Position numbers and translations under genes: made by a program
Shown here: positions 1-9,118 of the stretch, one piece after another
Numbering within the stretch: the first letter of the stretch is position 1
Layout of the letters: the number at the start of each line of letters is the position of its first letter
Assembly (NCBI GenBank): GCA_934434555.1
Contig: CAKRZX010000006.1
Location: 20,983-84,982, forward strand
DNA from: an uncultured Clostridia bacterium
GTDB lineage: Bacteria; Bacillota; Clostridia; Christensenellales; QALW01
Reading direction: 5' to 3'
DNA: 64,000 bases
Notes under the pieces: model-generated
What the model was told of the DNA's origin: nothing
Databases searched by the model: none
The model's input: only the letters and a program-made list of their open reading frames with translations

Positions 1-209
1 ACCTTAAACTCCGCCGCGGCATAGCTGAACTTAAAGATACCACCGTGTTTATCGTTTCGCAGAGAACGTCGTCATTAAAACACGCCGACCTTATTCTCGT
101 ACTTGACGACGGACACATTTCGGCGGCGGGAACGCACGAGCAGTTGCTTGAAAACTCACCGCTTTACAGGGAGATACACTATTCCTCAAATAAGGAGGAA
201 ACGAAATGA
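1..209 (+). CDS. ABC transporter ATP-binding/permease subunit, C-terminal fragment (start lies upstream of window)
   Basis: Frame 3 is open from the window edge to TGA 207-209. Translation ...TVFIVSQRTSSLKHADLILVLDDGHISAAGTHEQLLENSPLYREIHY matches the H-loop-to-C-terminus part of ABC exporter ATPase domains. Stop overlaps the next start (ATGA), as in heterodimeric exporter pairs. Confidence 0.75.
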   Translation, partial: LKLRRGIAELKDTTVFIVSQRTSSLKHADLILVLDDGHISAAGTHEQLLENSPLYREIHYSSNKEETK

Positions 210-1933
210 ATTCGCAAACGTTAAAAAAAGTGCTCAAATACTTGGGTAAATATAAATTGCTAATTTTGCTTTCGCTTATTTTAAGCGGCACAAACGTTAT
301 ATTGACGCTGTACGTCCCCATTATTTTGGGTCAGACTTTTGACAACATAATCGAGGCGGGAAGAGTTGACATTTCGGCGGTTGTTCCGCTTTTGATAAAG
401 GCGGTGCTGCTTGCCGGAGCTGCCGCGCTTTTGCAGTGGATTGCGGGAAGTGTAAATAACAGGGTAACGTTCGGAACAGTCAGGGATATAAGGGAAAAAG
501 CATTTAACAGGATTCAAAAACTGCCGCTTTCTTACCTTGATACCAAGCCCGTGGGCGAGGTGGTTTCAAGAATTATTGCCGATACCGAGCAGTTTTCCGA
601 CGGTTTGCTTATGGGCTTTACCCAACTTTTCAGCGGTGTTGTTACGGTTATAGCGACACTTGCGTTTATGATTTCGGTAAACTATAAAATCGCCATTGCC
701 GTTGCATTGCTTACTCCGCTTTCACTTTTTACTGCGAAGTTTATTGCAAAGCGCACGTATTCGATGTTCAAAAAGCAGTCGGAAACACGGGGTGAACAGA
801 CGGCGTTTATTGATGAAATGATTACGGGCGAAAAGGTGGTTAAGGCGTTTTCAAGGGAGAAAGCCGCCACGGAAAAATTCGGCGAGATAAACGACAGGCT
901 TGAAAAACATTCGCTTAAAGCAACGTTTTTCTCTTCGCTTACAAATCCCGTCACACGGTTTATAAACAGTGTGGTGTATGCCGTTGTTGCCCTTGTAGGC
1001 GGCTTGTCCGTGCTTGGCGGCGGACTTACCGTTGGCGGGCTTACCTGTCTTTTAAGTTACGCAAACCAGTACACAAAGCCTTTTAACGAGATTTCGGGCG
1101 TTATTACCGAAATACAGAATGCATTCGCCTGTGCGCAGCGTGTGTTTGAACTTATTGAAGCACAGCCCGAAAGCGAGGACGCAGCCGATGAACTGACTTC
1201 TGTTTCCGGAAACGTAAGCCTTAAAAATGTGTTTTTTGCATATACGCCGGAGCAGAAACTTATTGAAAATTTCTCTCTTGATGTTGAGAGCGGCAGGCGC
1301 GTTGCAATAGTCGGACCTACCGGCTGCGGCAAAACAACGCTTATAAATCTGCTTATGCGCTTTTATGACGTAAATTCAGGCAGTATTCAGGTTGAAAATA
1401 AGGATATCCGCGACGTTACACGCCGTTCGCTCCGCAAAAGTTACGGTATGGTTTTACAGGAAACGTGGCTGCGTTCGGGTACCATAAGGGATAACATCAC
1501 TTTCGGCAGAGAGGACGCAACGGAAGAAGAGATGATAGCCGCCGCAAAAGCCGCGCGGGCGCATAACTTTATCAAGCGGATGCCGCAGGGTTACGATACT
1601 GTTATCGGCGAGGACGGCGGAAGCCTTTCGCAGGGACAGAAGCAGTTGCTGTGCATTGCGCGCATTATGCTTTGCCTGCCTCCTATGCTTATTCTTGACG
1701 AGGCGACCTCGTCCATTGATACAAGAACCGAAAAAGAAATTCAGGAAGCGTTCCGCGTGCTTATGAACGGCAGAACAAGTTTTATCGTTGCACACAGGCT
1801 TTCAACGATAGAAAACGCCGATATTATCCTTGTTATGAATAACGGAAACGTAATAGAACAGGGTAGCCACAAGGCATTGCTTGAACAAAAGGGATTCTAT
1901 TATAATCTTTATAACAGCCAGTTCGAGAGTTAA
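206..1933 (+). CDS. ABC exporter, fused permease/ATP-binding subunit (MdlB/MsbA-like, second subunit of a heterodimer)
   Basis: 575 aa. N-terminal multi-TM exporter domain; Walker A GPTGCGKTT, signature LSQGQKQ, Walker B MLILDEATS, H-loop VAHRLST. Confidence 0.9.
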   Translation: MNSQTLKKVLKYLGKYKLLILLSLILSGTNVILTLYVPIILGQTFDNIIEAGRVDISAVVPLLIKAVLLAGAAALLQWIAGSVNNRVTFGTVRDIREKAFNRIQKLPLSYLDTKPVGEVVSRIIADTEQFSDGLLMGFTQLFSGVVTVIATLAFMISVNYKIAIAVALLTPLSLFTAKFIAKRTYSMFKKQSETRGEQTAFIDEMITGEKVVKAFSREKAATEKFGEINDRLEKHSLKATFFSSLTNPVTRFINSVVYAVVALVGGLSVLGGGLTVGGLTCLLSYANQYTKPFNEISGVITEIQNAFACAQRVFELIEAQPESEDAADELTSVSGNVSLKNVFFAYTPEQKLIENFSLDVESGRRVAIVGPTGCGKTTLINLLMRFYDVNSGSIQVENKDIRDVTRRSLRKSYGMVLQETWLRSGTIRDNITFGREDATEEEMIAAAKAARAHNFIKRMPQGYDTVIGEDGGSLSQGQKQLLCIARIMLCLPPMLILDEATSSIDTRTEKEIQEAFRVLMNGRTSFIVAHRLSTIENADIILVMNNGNVIEQGSHKALLEQKGFYYNLYNSQFES

Positions 1934-1945
1934 AAAATAACCGCC

Positions 1946-2467
1946 CTAAATTTCGGGCGGTTTGTTATAAACTTTTTTGTAAAGCGTGCTCTTGATGTTT
2001 TCAAAACGCGCTTTATCTATTTCTCCGTTAAATGACATTATGCACAGCGGAATGGGGGAACGACCCTCTTCCATGGGCGGCTGAATATACGGATATCCGT
2101 TTTTATAAAAGCCGTGACGAATATAAAAGTTTATACGGCGTGCGGCAAGCTCATTTTCCGGCAGTTCCGATTCAAGAATAATCTGCTTCTTTGCAGTTGA
2201 ACAAAGCAGGTCAAGCATCTTTCCGCCGAAACCGGAGCATCGCATATGTTCCGCAACGGCAAAATGCTCGATATAAATAAAGTCACTGAATTCCCAAAGT
2301 GCAAAGAATCCGCAAAGAAGATTCCCGTCTTTAACACCCCAAAGCTGATATTCTTCCTTATCCAAAAGCAAAAACTGTTTTTCGCGTGAACGCATCTCGT
2401 CTATCGGGAAACTTGAACTCATTAAATCAAAAACCGAATCAAAATCAGCATCGGTAAGACGAATCAT
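1946..2467 (-). CDS. GNAT family N-acetyltransferase
   Basis: 173 aa. Acetyl-CoA motif-A-like RCSGFGGKMLD; size typical of GNAT. 4-nt overlap with rpiB, so co-transcribed. Confidence 0.7.
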   Translation of the reverse strand: MIRLTDADFDSVFDLMSSSFPIDEMRSREKQFLLLDKEEYQLWGVKDGNLLCGFFALWEFSDFIYIEHFAVAEHMRCSGFGGKMLDLLCSTAKKQIILESELPENELAARRINFYIRHGFYKNGYPYIQPPMEEGRSPIPLCIMSFNGEIDKARFENIKSTLYKKVYNKPPEI

Positions 2468-2907
2468 TCTTTTTCCTCAATAGCAGTTATTTTATCTATT
2501 CTTGCCTGATGCCTGCCGCCGGTAAATTCGTAATCAAGCCATGTGTCCACAATATCAAGGGCAAGACCCGCGCCGATAACACGGGCACCCATGGCAAGAA
2601 CATTGCTGTTATTGTGTTCCCTTGTGGCATGGGCAGAAAATACGTCATGGCAGAGGGCACAGCGTATGCCGTGAACCTTGTTTGCGGCAATGCTCATGCC
2701 TATGCCGGTGCCGCAGATAAGAATACCTCTGTCGGCTCTTTTTTCGGCAACCGCCTCGGCAACAGGATAGGCATAATCCGGATAGTCAACACTTTCGGTT
2801 GAATAGCAGCCGAAATCGTCAACGTCAAAGCCCCTTGCTTCAAGGTGCTTTATAACAGTATTTTTAAGTTCAAAACCGCCGTGGTCACAGCCGATAGCAA
2901 TTTTCAT
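2464..2907 (-). CDS. rpiB: ribose-5-phosphate isomerase B (RpiB/LacAB family)
   Basis: 147 aa. N-terminus MKIAIGCDHGGFELK and GILICGTGIGMSIAANK are hallmark RpiB motifs. Confidence 0.9.
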   Translation of the reverse strand: MKIAIGCDHGGFELKNTVIKHLEARGFDVDDFGCYSTESVDYPDYAYPVAEAVAEKRADRGILICGTGIGMSIAANKVHGIRCALCHDVFSAHATREHNNSNVLAMGARVIGAGLALDIVDTWLDYEFTGGRHQARIDKITAIEEKE

Positions 2908-3122
2908 TACTTGTCCTCCCCGTCGGCGGCAAGAAACTTATTTATAAGGTCAAGTAATTCGTCGGCGTTTATGTTGTGTACCATACACGCTTCTTCAAGT
3001 GTTTCATTCTGTGCGCTGGGGCAGGAAACGCAGAACATACCGTGTCCTAAAAATAAAGCGGCAACCTCGTTATTCATAGCAAGAATTTCGCCAATTGTGT
3101 TCTTCTTTGTTGCTTGTTTCAT
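2907..3122 (-). CDS. DUF1858 / hybrid-cluster-protein-associated redox disulfide domain protein
   Basis: 71 aa. TIGEIL...GMFCVSCPSAQNETLEEAC..HNI..DELL pattern with CxxC. 1-nt overlap with rpiB. Confidence 0.65.
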   Translation of the reverse strand: MKQATKKNTIGEILAMNNEVAALFLGHGMFCVSCPSAQNETLEEACMVHNINADELLDLINKFLAADGEDK

Positions 3123-3316
3123 AATAAAATCCTCCGTGAAATTTATTTTCGTTTTTTATTATATAATTATTTGCGGCTTTTGTCAATTTTAAGGGGCGCA
3201 ATTTAACTTCTTTTTTCGTCTTTTGTCAAAAAAGATTTTTCGACAAAAACAGTTCTTCCGTTTAATTCGTTTATGAGTTATTATATGTAAACAATTTAAT
3301 TAAAGGAGAACTTTTT

Positions 3317-4108
3317 ATGGGTAGAGTTATAGTTGTTACCTCAGGCAAGGGCGGCGTGGGAAAAACAACAGCCTGCGCGAATATCGGCTGTGCTCTTGCG
3401 AAACAGGGGAAAGAAGTGCTGCTTGTGGATATGGATTTGGGGCTGCGGAATCTTGATACGGTGCTTGGACTTGAAAACAGAATCGTTTTTGACATTGTTG
3501 ACGTTATAGAAAACAAGTGCCGTATAAAACAGGCAATTATCAGGGACAAGCGCTGTGAACATCTTTCGTTTATGCCCGCAAGCCAGACACGGGACAAGAA
3601 CGCCGTAAACGAGGAGCAGATGTGCGACCTTATGCGGGAAGTCAAATGTCAGTACGATTTTGTGCTTATCGACTGTCCCGCCGGAATAGAACAGGGATTC
3701 AAAAATGCCGTTGCAGGCGCGGACGAAGCACTTGTGGTCTGCACGCCCGAAGTTTCTTCCGTTCGCGACGCGGACAGGGTTATAGGGCTTATGGCGTCAA
3801 GGGAAATTGCAAGGGTATCGCTGATAGTCAACCGAATTAAAAGCGACTTGGTGCGTTCGGGCGATATGCTGACCGTTGAAGACGTTGAGGATATTTTAGG
3901 GCAGAAAGCAATAGGCACCGTTTTTGACGACGCAAGCATAGTCCGCGCCACAAATTTGGGCGAAGCGGCGGTAAATATTCCGTCAAGCAAGGCTGGCAAG
4001 GAATATATGCGCATTGCGCGGCGCCTTACCGGCGAAGAAATTCCCCTTAACGTTCCCGGCGGAATACCGGGCTTTATTGACAGGATTTTAGGCAGAAAAG
4101 CAATCTGA
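3317..4108 (+). CDS. minD: septum site-determining ATPase MinD
   Basis: 263 aa. Deviant Walker A VVTSGKGGVGKTT, then VLLVDMDLGLRNLD. GGAG Shine-Dalgarno upstream. Confidence 0.93.
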   Translation: MGRVIVVTSGKGGVGKTTACANIGCALAKQGKEVLLVDMDLGLRNLDTVLGLENRIVFDIVDVIENKCRIKQAIIRDKRCEHLSFMPASQTRDKNAVNEEQMCDLMREVKCQYDFVLIDCPAGIEQGFKNAVAGADEALVVCTPEVSSVRDADRVIGLMASREIARVSLIVNRIKSDLVRSGDMLTVEDVEDILGQKAIGTVFDDASIVRATNLGEAAVNIPSSKAGKEYMRIARRLTGEEIPLNVPGGIPGFIDRILGRKAI

Positions 4109-4122
4109 AAGGGGAAGAGCAT

Positions 4123-4371
4123 ATGTTCGGTTTTTTGAAGAGAAACAAGAGCCGCAACGCGGCAAAACAGCGTTTGAAATCGGTAATTTCCCGCGACAGG
4201 GCAAATGTTACGGCAGAATTCCTGCTTAAAATGACAACAGATATTATAAATACGGCAATAAAATACATAGAACCGGATTACGACAGAATTTCGGTAAGCA
4301 TTGAACGCAACGGTACGGAAGCGTGTCTTTCGGCGCGCTTTCCCGTAATTTTTTATAAAGAAGCAACATAA
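4123..4371 (+). CDS. minE: cell division topological specificity factor MinE
   Basis: 82 aa. N-terminal MFGFLKR...A..RLK.VISRDR motif typical of MinE; directly follows minD. Confidence 0.85.
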   Translation: MFGFLKRNKSRNAAKQRLKSVISRDRANVTAEFLLKMTTDIINTAIKYIEPDYDRISVSIERNGTEACLSARFPVIFYKEAT

Positions 4372-4374
4372 GCG

Positions 4375-4403
4375 TTGAAAAATTTTATGTTTTGTGGTAG
4401 AAT
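4375..4403 (+). promoter_or_regulatory. sigma-A-type promoter upstream of rodA (TTGAAA-17 bp-TGgTAGAAT)
   Basis: TTGAAA 4375-4380, 17-bp spacer, extended -10 TGGTAGAAT ending 4403, about 30 nt before the rodA ATG. Confidence 0.4.
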
Positions 4404-4433
4404 ATATTCAATAAGATTTTTAACGGGGTTTAT

Positions 4434-5579
4434 ATGTGGCTTTTTGATAAAAGAAAACTGCATAATATTGAATACATTCTGCTTATAATCGTTGGGGTGA
4501 TATGCCTGTTCGGCATAGTTGCCATTCTTGCCGCGAGGGCGGACGCGTCCACCGGCGGCGAAGAGGCAGACCTGCTTGAAACGCTTTCGCGGCTTAATTT
4601 CGTTAAAGTCAAGCGTCAGGCAATATGGATAGGCGTAAGTTTTGTTCTGCTCGCCTGTGTGGCTATGCTTGATTATCATATCTATTCCAAAATATGGTAC
4701 GTCGTTATGGCGGTGTGCTTGGGGCTTATAATCTACACGGCATTTTTCGGCGTTGAAAACGGCGGAACCCGCGGGTGGATTAAAATAACCGAGAAATTCT
4801 ATTTTCAGCCTACGGAAGTGGGGAAATTAGGGCTTGTTTTAATGCTTGCGAAAACGATTTCGCAAAAGGAATCCCTTGATAAGATAACCGACCTTATACC
4901 CACCTTTGCCGTAATGCTTGCCTTTGTGGGCGCGCTGCTCACGCAAATGGATATCGGCACGTCACTTGTGTACGTGTTTATATTCGTTGTTATGCTTTTC
5001 TGCGGCGGAATGAAGTGGAAACACATTTTAATTATGCTCGGTGCATTTGCTGCCGCCTGCGTGGCAATGTGGTTCGTTATGGGCGAAAAACAGCAAAGCA
5101 GAATCATCAACTTTATTAAAGGCGAAGACGTTGACCAACTTAAATACGCCAAAATTGCAATGGGTTCGGGCGGTTTCTTCGGAAAAGGAATCTTGGGCAT
5201 AAACTCAATTTCACAATCGGGCGATATTTACGCCATTGACACCGACTTCATTTTTGCGGCCATCTGCGAATCTATGGGCTTTTTGGGCGGGTTTATCCTT
5301 ATTGCGCTCTTTGCGGTTATGGAAATCCGCATGTGGTATCTTATGCGGCATAAGGCATCGGACAAGTACGGCAGAATGATTATTTTAGGCATTATGGCGA
5401 TGTTTATGTTCCATATTTTTGAGAATATCGGAATGGTAATAGGCATTATGCCCATAACGGGAATTCCTCTGCCGTTTATAAGTTACGGCGGGTCAAGTAT
5501 GCTTACAAATATGATAGGTATCGGGCTTATTGAAAGCGTTTGTATGAACAGACCCATAGAACCCTTTACTGCCGATTAA
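4434..5579 (+). CDS. rodA: SEDS-family peptidoglycan polymerase RodA (FtsW/RodA/SpoVE family)
   Basis: 381 aa, about 10 TM. C-terminal PITGIPLPFISYGGSS motif. Position after minDE. Confidence 0.85.
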   Translation: MWLFDKRKLHNIEYILLIIVGVICLFGIVAILAARADASTGGEEADLLETLSRLNFVKVKRQAIWIGVSFVLLACVAMLDYHIYSKIWYVVMAVCLGLIIYTAFFGVENGGTRGWIKITEKFYFQPTEVGKLGLVLMLAKTISQKESLDKITDLIPTFAVMLAFVGALLTQMDIGTSLVYVFIFVVMLFCGGMKWKHILIMLGAFAAACVAMWFVMGEKQQSRIINFIKGEDVDQLKYAKIAMGSGGFFGKGILGINSISQSGDIYAIDTDFIFAAICESMGFLGGFILIALFAVMEIRMWYLMRHKASDKYGRMIILGIMAMFMFHIFENIGMVIGIMPITGIPLPFISYGGSSMLTNMIGIGLIESVCMNRPIEPFTAD

Positions 5580-5618
5580 AAAAGTGAATTTATTTTACCT
5601 CTGCGCATATATTTTTGC

Positions 5619-6167
5619 GTGGAGGTATTTTTTATGTATAAAACAAAGTATACCGTTATAACGGCGATAATTCTGTTATTTGTTTTTGCCTGCGTGTACG
5701 TTGCTTTGGGAAAAGGCACGGCGGCAAAGGAACTGAGAAGCGGCATAAAGCAAAGTCTGGACGAGGATTTCAAGATAAAGGAAAGTTTGGGGCAGATTTT
5801 TCTTGTAAAAAAAGACGGGGAAACAAAAGAAGCATCGTCAAACGTCACGGTGGAGGGGCTGTATTCGCCGGCAACGGGCGAAAAATGCTTTGAAACCTTT
5901 GCGGGAGAGCCTGTAATGACGGTTAATGCTGTAAAATTTGCAGGCGTTTATGCCGTAAGCGACGGAATAATCGAGGACGCGGGAGAAACAAGGATATCCT
6001 TGCGCCACAGCGACGGCAAAAAAAGCGTTTATACGGGTGTTTGCGCCACTGTTCAAAAGGGCGACAGCGTAAAAAAGGGCGATTCAATAGGCTATGCCGA
6101 GGGAAAAATAAGTTACAGACTTTATTCTTCCTGTATTGCCGTTGACCCGCAGCAGTATTTTAATTGA
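5619..6167 (+). CDS. spoIVFA: SpoIVFA-like membrane protein with degenerate LytM/M23 domain
   Basis: 182 aa (alternative start 5634). One N-terminal TM. C-terminal M23-like fold (VQKGDSVKKGDSIGYAEG...VDPQQYF) lacking the HxxxD/HxH metal ligands. Stop overlaps the start of the M50 protease gene, as in spoIVFA-spoIVFB. Confidence 0.55.
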   Translation: MEVFFMYKTKYTVITAIILLFVFACVYVALGKGTAAKELRSGIKQSLDEDFKIKESLGQIFLVKKDGETKEASSNVTVEGLYSPATGEKCFETFAGEPVMTVNAVKFAGVYAVSDGIIEDAGETRISLRHSDGKKSVYTGVCATVQKGDSVKKGDSIGYAEGKISYRLYSSCIAVDPQQYFN

Positions 6168-6967
6168 TACAAATAGGGCAGACGAGGGTAAAAATAAGCG
6201 GACTTATGCTTATCTGCGGGCTTATATGGCTGCTTTCGGGGAATATAATCACGTTTCTTACCCTTGCGTTTACGGTAATAATCCACGAATTTTTTCACGC
6301 TCTGTGCGCCCGCGGATTTTCCTTTGTGTGCGACAGCATTACGCTTTATCCTTTCGGCGGCGACGCACATATTATCGGTATTGACGCAAATCCCTTTTAT
6401 TCGGCGGTAATTGCGTTTGCGGGTCCGCTTTTAAGTTTGTTTTTCGGCTTTTTGTATTCCTGCGGCACTGAGTACGGGATTCTTCCCCGATGGAGTGAAT
6501 TTGTGCGCTTTTCGTATTCCGTGGCGGTTATAAATATGCTTCCCGTTTATCCGCTTGACGGCGGACGTGTTCTTTGCGGCATTCTTTGTGCAAAGTTCGG
6601 CAAAAAGGGTGAAAAAACAGGCAGAGTTGCGGGATTCACCGTTGCCTGCCTGTATGTTTTGTTTAACGTGTACCTTGTCTTTGTAAAAAAGAATTTTTCG
6701 GGTTCGGTAATGTCGGCATTTATTTTCTTTGCGGCTTTGGCGGCATTAAAGGACGGCACGTATATGCGTAAAACGCCTGTCGGCGGTGAAATCAGGTGGA
6801 TTACGGCGCGGAAAAACGAAAAACTTTTTGACGTTCAAAAGCGTTTTGCGGGAACAAAATACAACGCCGTTCTCGTGCTTGACGAAAACGGCGGTTTTGA
6901 TAAAATTTTAAGCGAAGAAAATGTAAATGAACTGCTTATAAAAAACAGCGTCGGGAAAATCAGATAA
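6164..6967 (+). CDS. spoIVFB: site-2 (M50) intramembrane metalloprotease, SpoIVFB-like, with C-terminal CBS-like domain
   Basis: 267 aa, TTG start overlapping the upstream TGA. HEFFH zinc motif in a TM helix, NMLPVYPLDGG (NxxPxxxLDG) motif. C-terminal AVLVLDENGGFDKILSEENV resembles CBS. Confidence 0.8.
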   Translation: MIQIGQTRVKISGLMLICGLIWLLSGNIITFLTLAFTVIIHEFFHALCARGFSFVCDSITLYPFGGDAHIIGIDANPFYSAVIAFAGPLLSLFFGFLYSCGTEYGILPRWSEFVRFSYSVAVINMLPVYPLDGGRVLCGILCAKFGKKGEKTGRVAGFTVACLYVLFNVYLVFVKKNFSGSVMSAFIFFAALAALKDGTYMRKTPVGGEIRWITARKNEKLFDVQKRFAGTKYNAVLVLDENGGFDKILSEENVNELLIKNSVGKIR

Positions 6968-7946
6968 CTTTATTTGCGTTTTCAAAATTGCCCTGCTCAA
7001 AATTGACGGCATTTTCAAGGGTTGTACGGCTGATTGCTTCCAAAGCCTCTTTTGTTAAAAATCCCTGATGTGATGTAACTATTACGTTGGGGAATGACAG
7101 CAAACGGGCAGTTATGCTCGACTGCAAAATATCGTCCTCGCGGTTTTCAAATACATTGGGGCTTTCTTCCTCATAAACGTCCAGCCCCACGCCCGCAAAC
7201 TTGTGCATTCTTATGCCTTTAATCAAATCTTCCGTGCTTATAAGCGCCCCGCGGGAAGTGTTTACAAGAATTACGCCGTCTTTCATCATTTCTATTGCTT
7301 TAAGGTCGATCATATGATAACTTTCTTCCGTAAGCGGGCAGTGCAGTGAAATCAGATCACTGCATTTAAGCACGTCTTCAAGGGGCATATATTCGATAAA
7401 ATCAAGACTTCTGTTGGGGAATTTATCGTATGCAACAACGCGCATACCAAGTCCGCGGCAGGCTCTTGCCATTGCAGCGCCGATTTTTCCCGTGCCGATA
7501 ATTCCGGCAGTCTTGTTAAAGAAATTTACACCGGTAAGTCCCATAAGGCTGAAATTGTTTTCCCGCACCTTGATATAAGCCTTGTGAATATGCCTGTTTA
7601 CCGCAAACGCAAGGGCGAGAGCGTGTTCGGCTATCGCCTCGGGAGAATATCCCGGAACGCGCATAACGGTAATTCCGTTTGATTTTGCCGCGTCAAGGTC
7701 AACGTTATTAAAGCCCGCACAGCGCAAAAGTATAAGTCTTACGCCGTTTTCAGCCAAAACGCGTACTACATCGGCATTTGCGTCGGAAGCCACAAAAAGA
7801 CAAACTGCGTCAAAGCCCTTTGCAAGGCTTGCGGTCTTTTCGCTTATATCGGTTTTAAGATACTCGATTTCAACGGGATAATCCTTTATCAAAGCGTTAA
7901 AAGATTCGGTATCATAGGGTTTTGTATCGTAAAAAAGTATTTTCAT
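6960..7946 (-). CDS. ldhA: D-lactate dehydrogenase (D-isomer-specific 2-hydroxyacid dehydrogenase)
   Basis: 329 aa from MKILFYDTKPYD; the ORF-track start at 8024 is an unsupported extension. LRCAGFNNVDLDAAK, GIIGTGKIGAAMA NAD fold. Near-colinear with E. coli LdhA as I recall it. Confidence 0.88.
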   Translation of the reverse strand: MKILFYDTKPYDTESFNALIKDYPVEIEYLKTDISEKTASLAKGFDAVCLFVASDANADVVRVLAENGVRLILLRCAGFNNVDLDAAKSNGITVMRVPGYSPEAIAEHALALAFAVNRHIHKAYIKVRENNFSLMGLTGVNFFNKTAGIIGTGKIGAAMARACRGLGMRVVAYDKFPNRSLDFIEYMPLEDVLKCSDLISLHCPLTEESYHMIDLKAIEMMKDGVILVNTSRGALISTEDLIKGIRMHKFAGVGLDVYEEESPNVFENREDDILQSSITARLLSFPNVIVTSHQGFLTKEALEAISRTTLENAVNFEQGNFENANKVI

Positions 7947-7957
7947 ATTCTGTCCTT

Positions 7958-9118
7958 TCAAAAAAGAGTTGTTACGCCGAGCACGTTTATTATTATTGCC
8001 GCGGCGGAGATAAAATAGTCCCAAACATAAACTTTTTGCTTGCTTTTGGCAGTATAAAGTGCCAGATAGGGAATCGGGTCAATAAAATATCTTGCGCCGA
8101 ACTGCAATCCGCCGAGAGTTTTGTGCATACAGGTTAAAAGCACAAAAAGCCAAAAGGCAATGGGGAGTGCAAAATCGTAAAGTTTGCGGCGCTTTATCAG
8201 ATAAATTATATTTATAATTCCGCAAAAACCGATACAGGGATTCAACAGATAAAAAGCGTTTGCCGAAAATTTATTAAGGAAGAACTTTCCGTTTGAATCA
8301 AGCGGCAATTTTATTGACTGCCACAGGTTTGCGGGGATGTATTTAATATTGAACTGTCCGTCCTCGGCACGCAGAAATTCGGGAAGATAATTGTGTCCGA
8401 ACTCAAAAACAGAGCCGAACCGCACGAAATTATATGCTGCAAGCGCCGCCGCAATCGCCGCAGGCATAACAAGCATTTTAATAATTTCCACGGGCTTTTT
8501 ATATGCCTTAAAGCAGTTTATCAGCAAAAGCGGAATAAACATAACCGTGAACGGGCGGCAGCCTACCGCCAAAGCGGCAAATGTCAGGGAAAGCGCCTTT
8601 GAAAAAAGCGAAGTGCGCTCGATAAAAAGCACCGCAAGGCAGCAGAACAGAAACGAAAGCCCCTGTGCCTCGTGCCACACACCGCCGAAAACGCTTGTGC
8701 TTACAATATTCGTTCCCGCCGAAAAAAGTAAGGCAAGTGCGACCGAACCCGCGGGGTTATACCGGCGCGCAAAGATAAACGCGAGTATTCCCGAAGAAAA
8801 TGCGGCATAAAGAAGCGTAACAAGCCTGTCGGGCGTATTGCTGCCGAAAATAAAGGTGAGGAAAAACTCAATCACCGACGGCACGGGCGGAAAACTTACG
8901 TACAACTTACCGTTAAAATGAGCAAGTTCAAGATACTCGACGCTTTCGGGGGCGTCGCTTAAATACGTGTGACCCTCGCGCCATGCAAGCGCCTGACGGG
9001 TATAACTGTCGTAGGGCGAATGGGATAAAATATCCGTGCCCGTTAAATTTGCGGCTAAAATCATTATTGCCGCACATAGCAAAAAAGCAATCAGTGCGGC
9101 AACGTATTTTTTATTCAT
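7958..9118 (-). CDS. polytopic membrane protein, possible GT-C-fold glycosyltransferase (ArnT/PMT-like)
   Basis: 386 aa, about 10-11 predicted TM helices, with an acidic first loop (SPYDSY) as in GT-C enzymes. Start overlaps the galK stop by 8 nt. Family assignment is tentative. Confidence 0.4.
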   Translation of the reverse strand: MNKKYVAALIAFLLCAAIMILAANLTGTDILSHSPYDSYTRQALAWREGHTYLSDAPESVEYLELAHFNGKLYVSFPPVPSVIEFFLTFIFGSNTPDRLVTLLYAAFSSGILAFIFARRYNPAGSVALALLFSAGTNIVSTSVFGGVWHEAQGLSFLFCCLAVLFIERTSLFSKALSLTFAALAVGCRPFTVMFIPLLLINCFKAYKKPVEIIKMLVMPAAIAAALAAYNFVRFGSVFEFGHNYLPEFLRAEDGQFNIKYIPANLWQSIKLPLDSNGKFFLNKFSANAFYLLNPCIGFCGIINIIYLIKRRKLYDFALPIAFWLFVLLTCMHKTLGGLQFGARYFIDPIPYLALYTAKSKQKVYVWDYFISAAAIIINVLGVTTLF

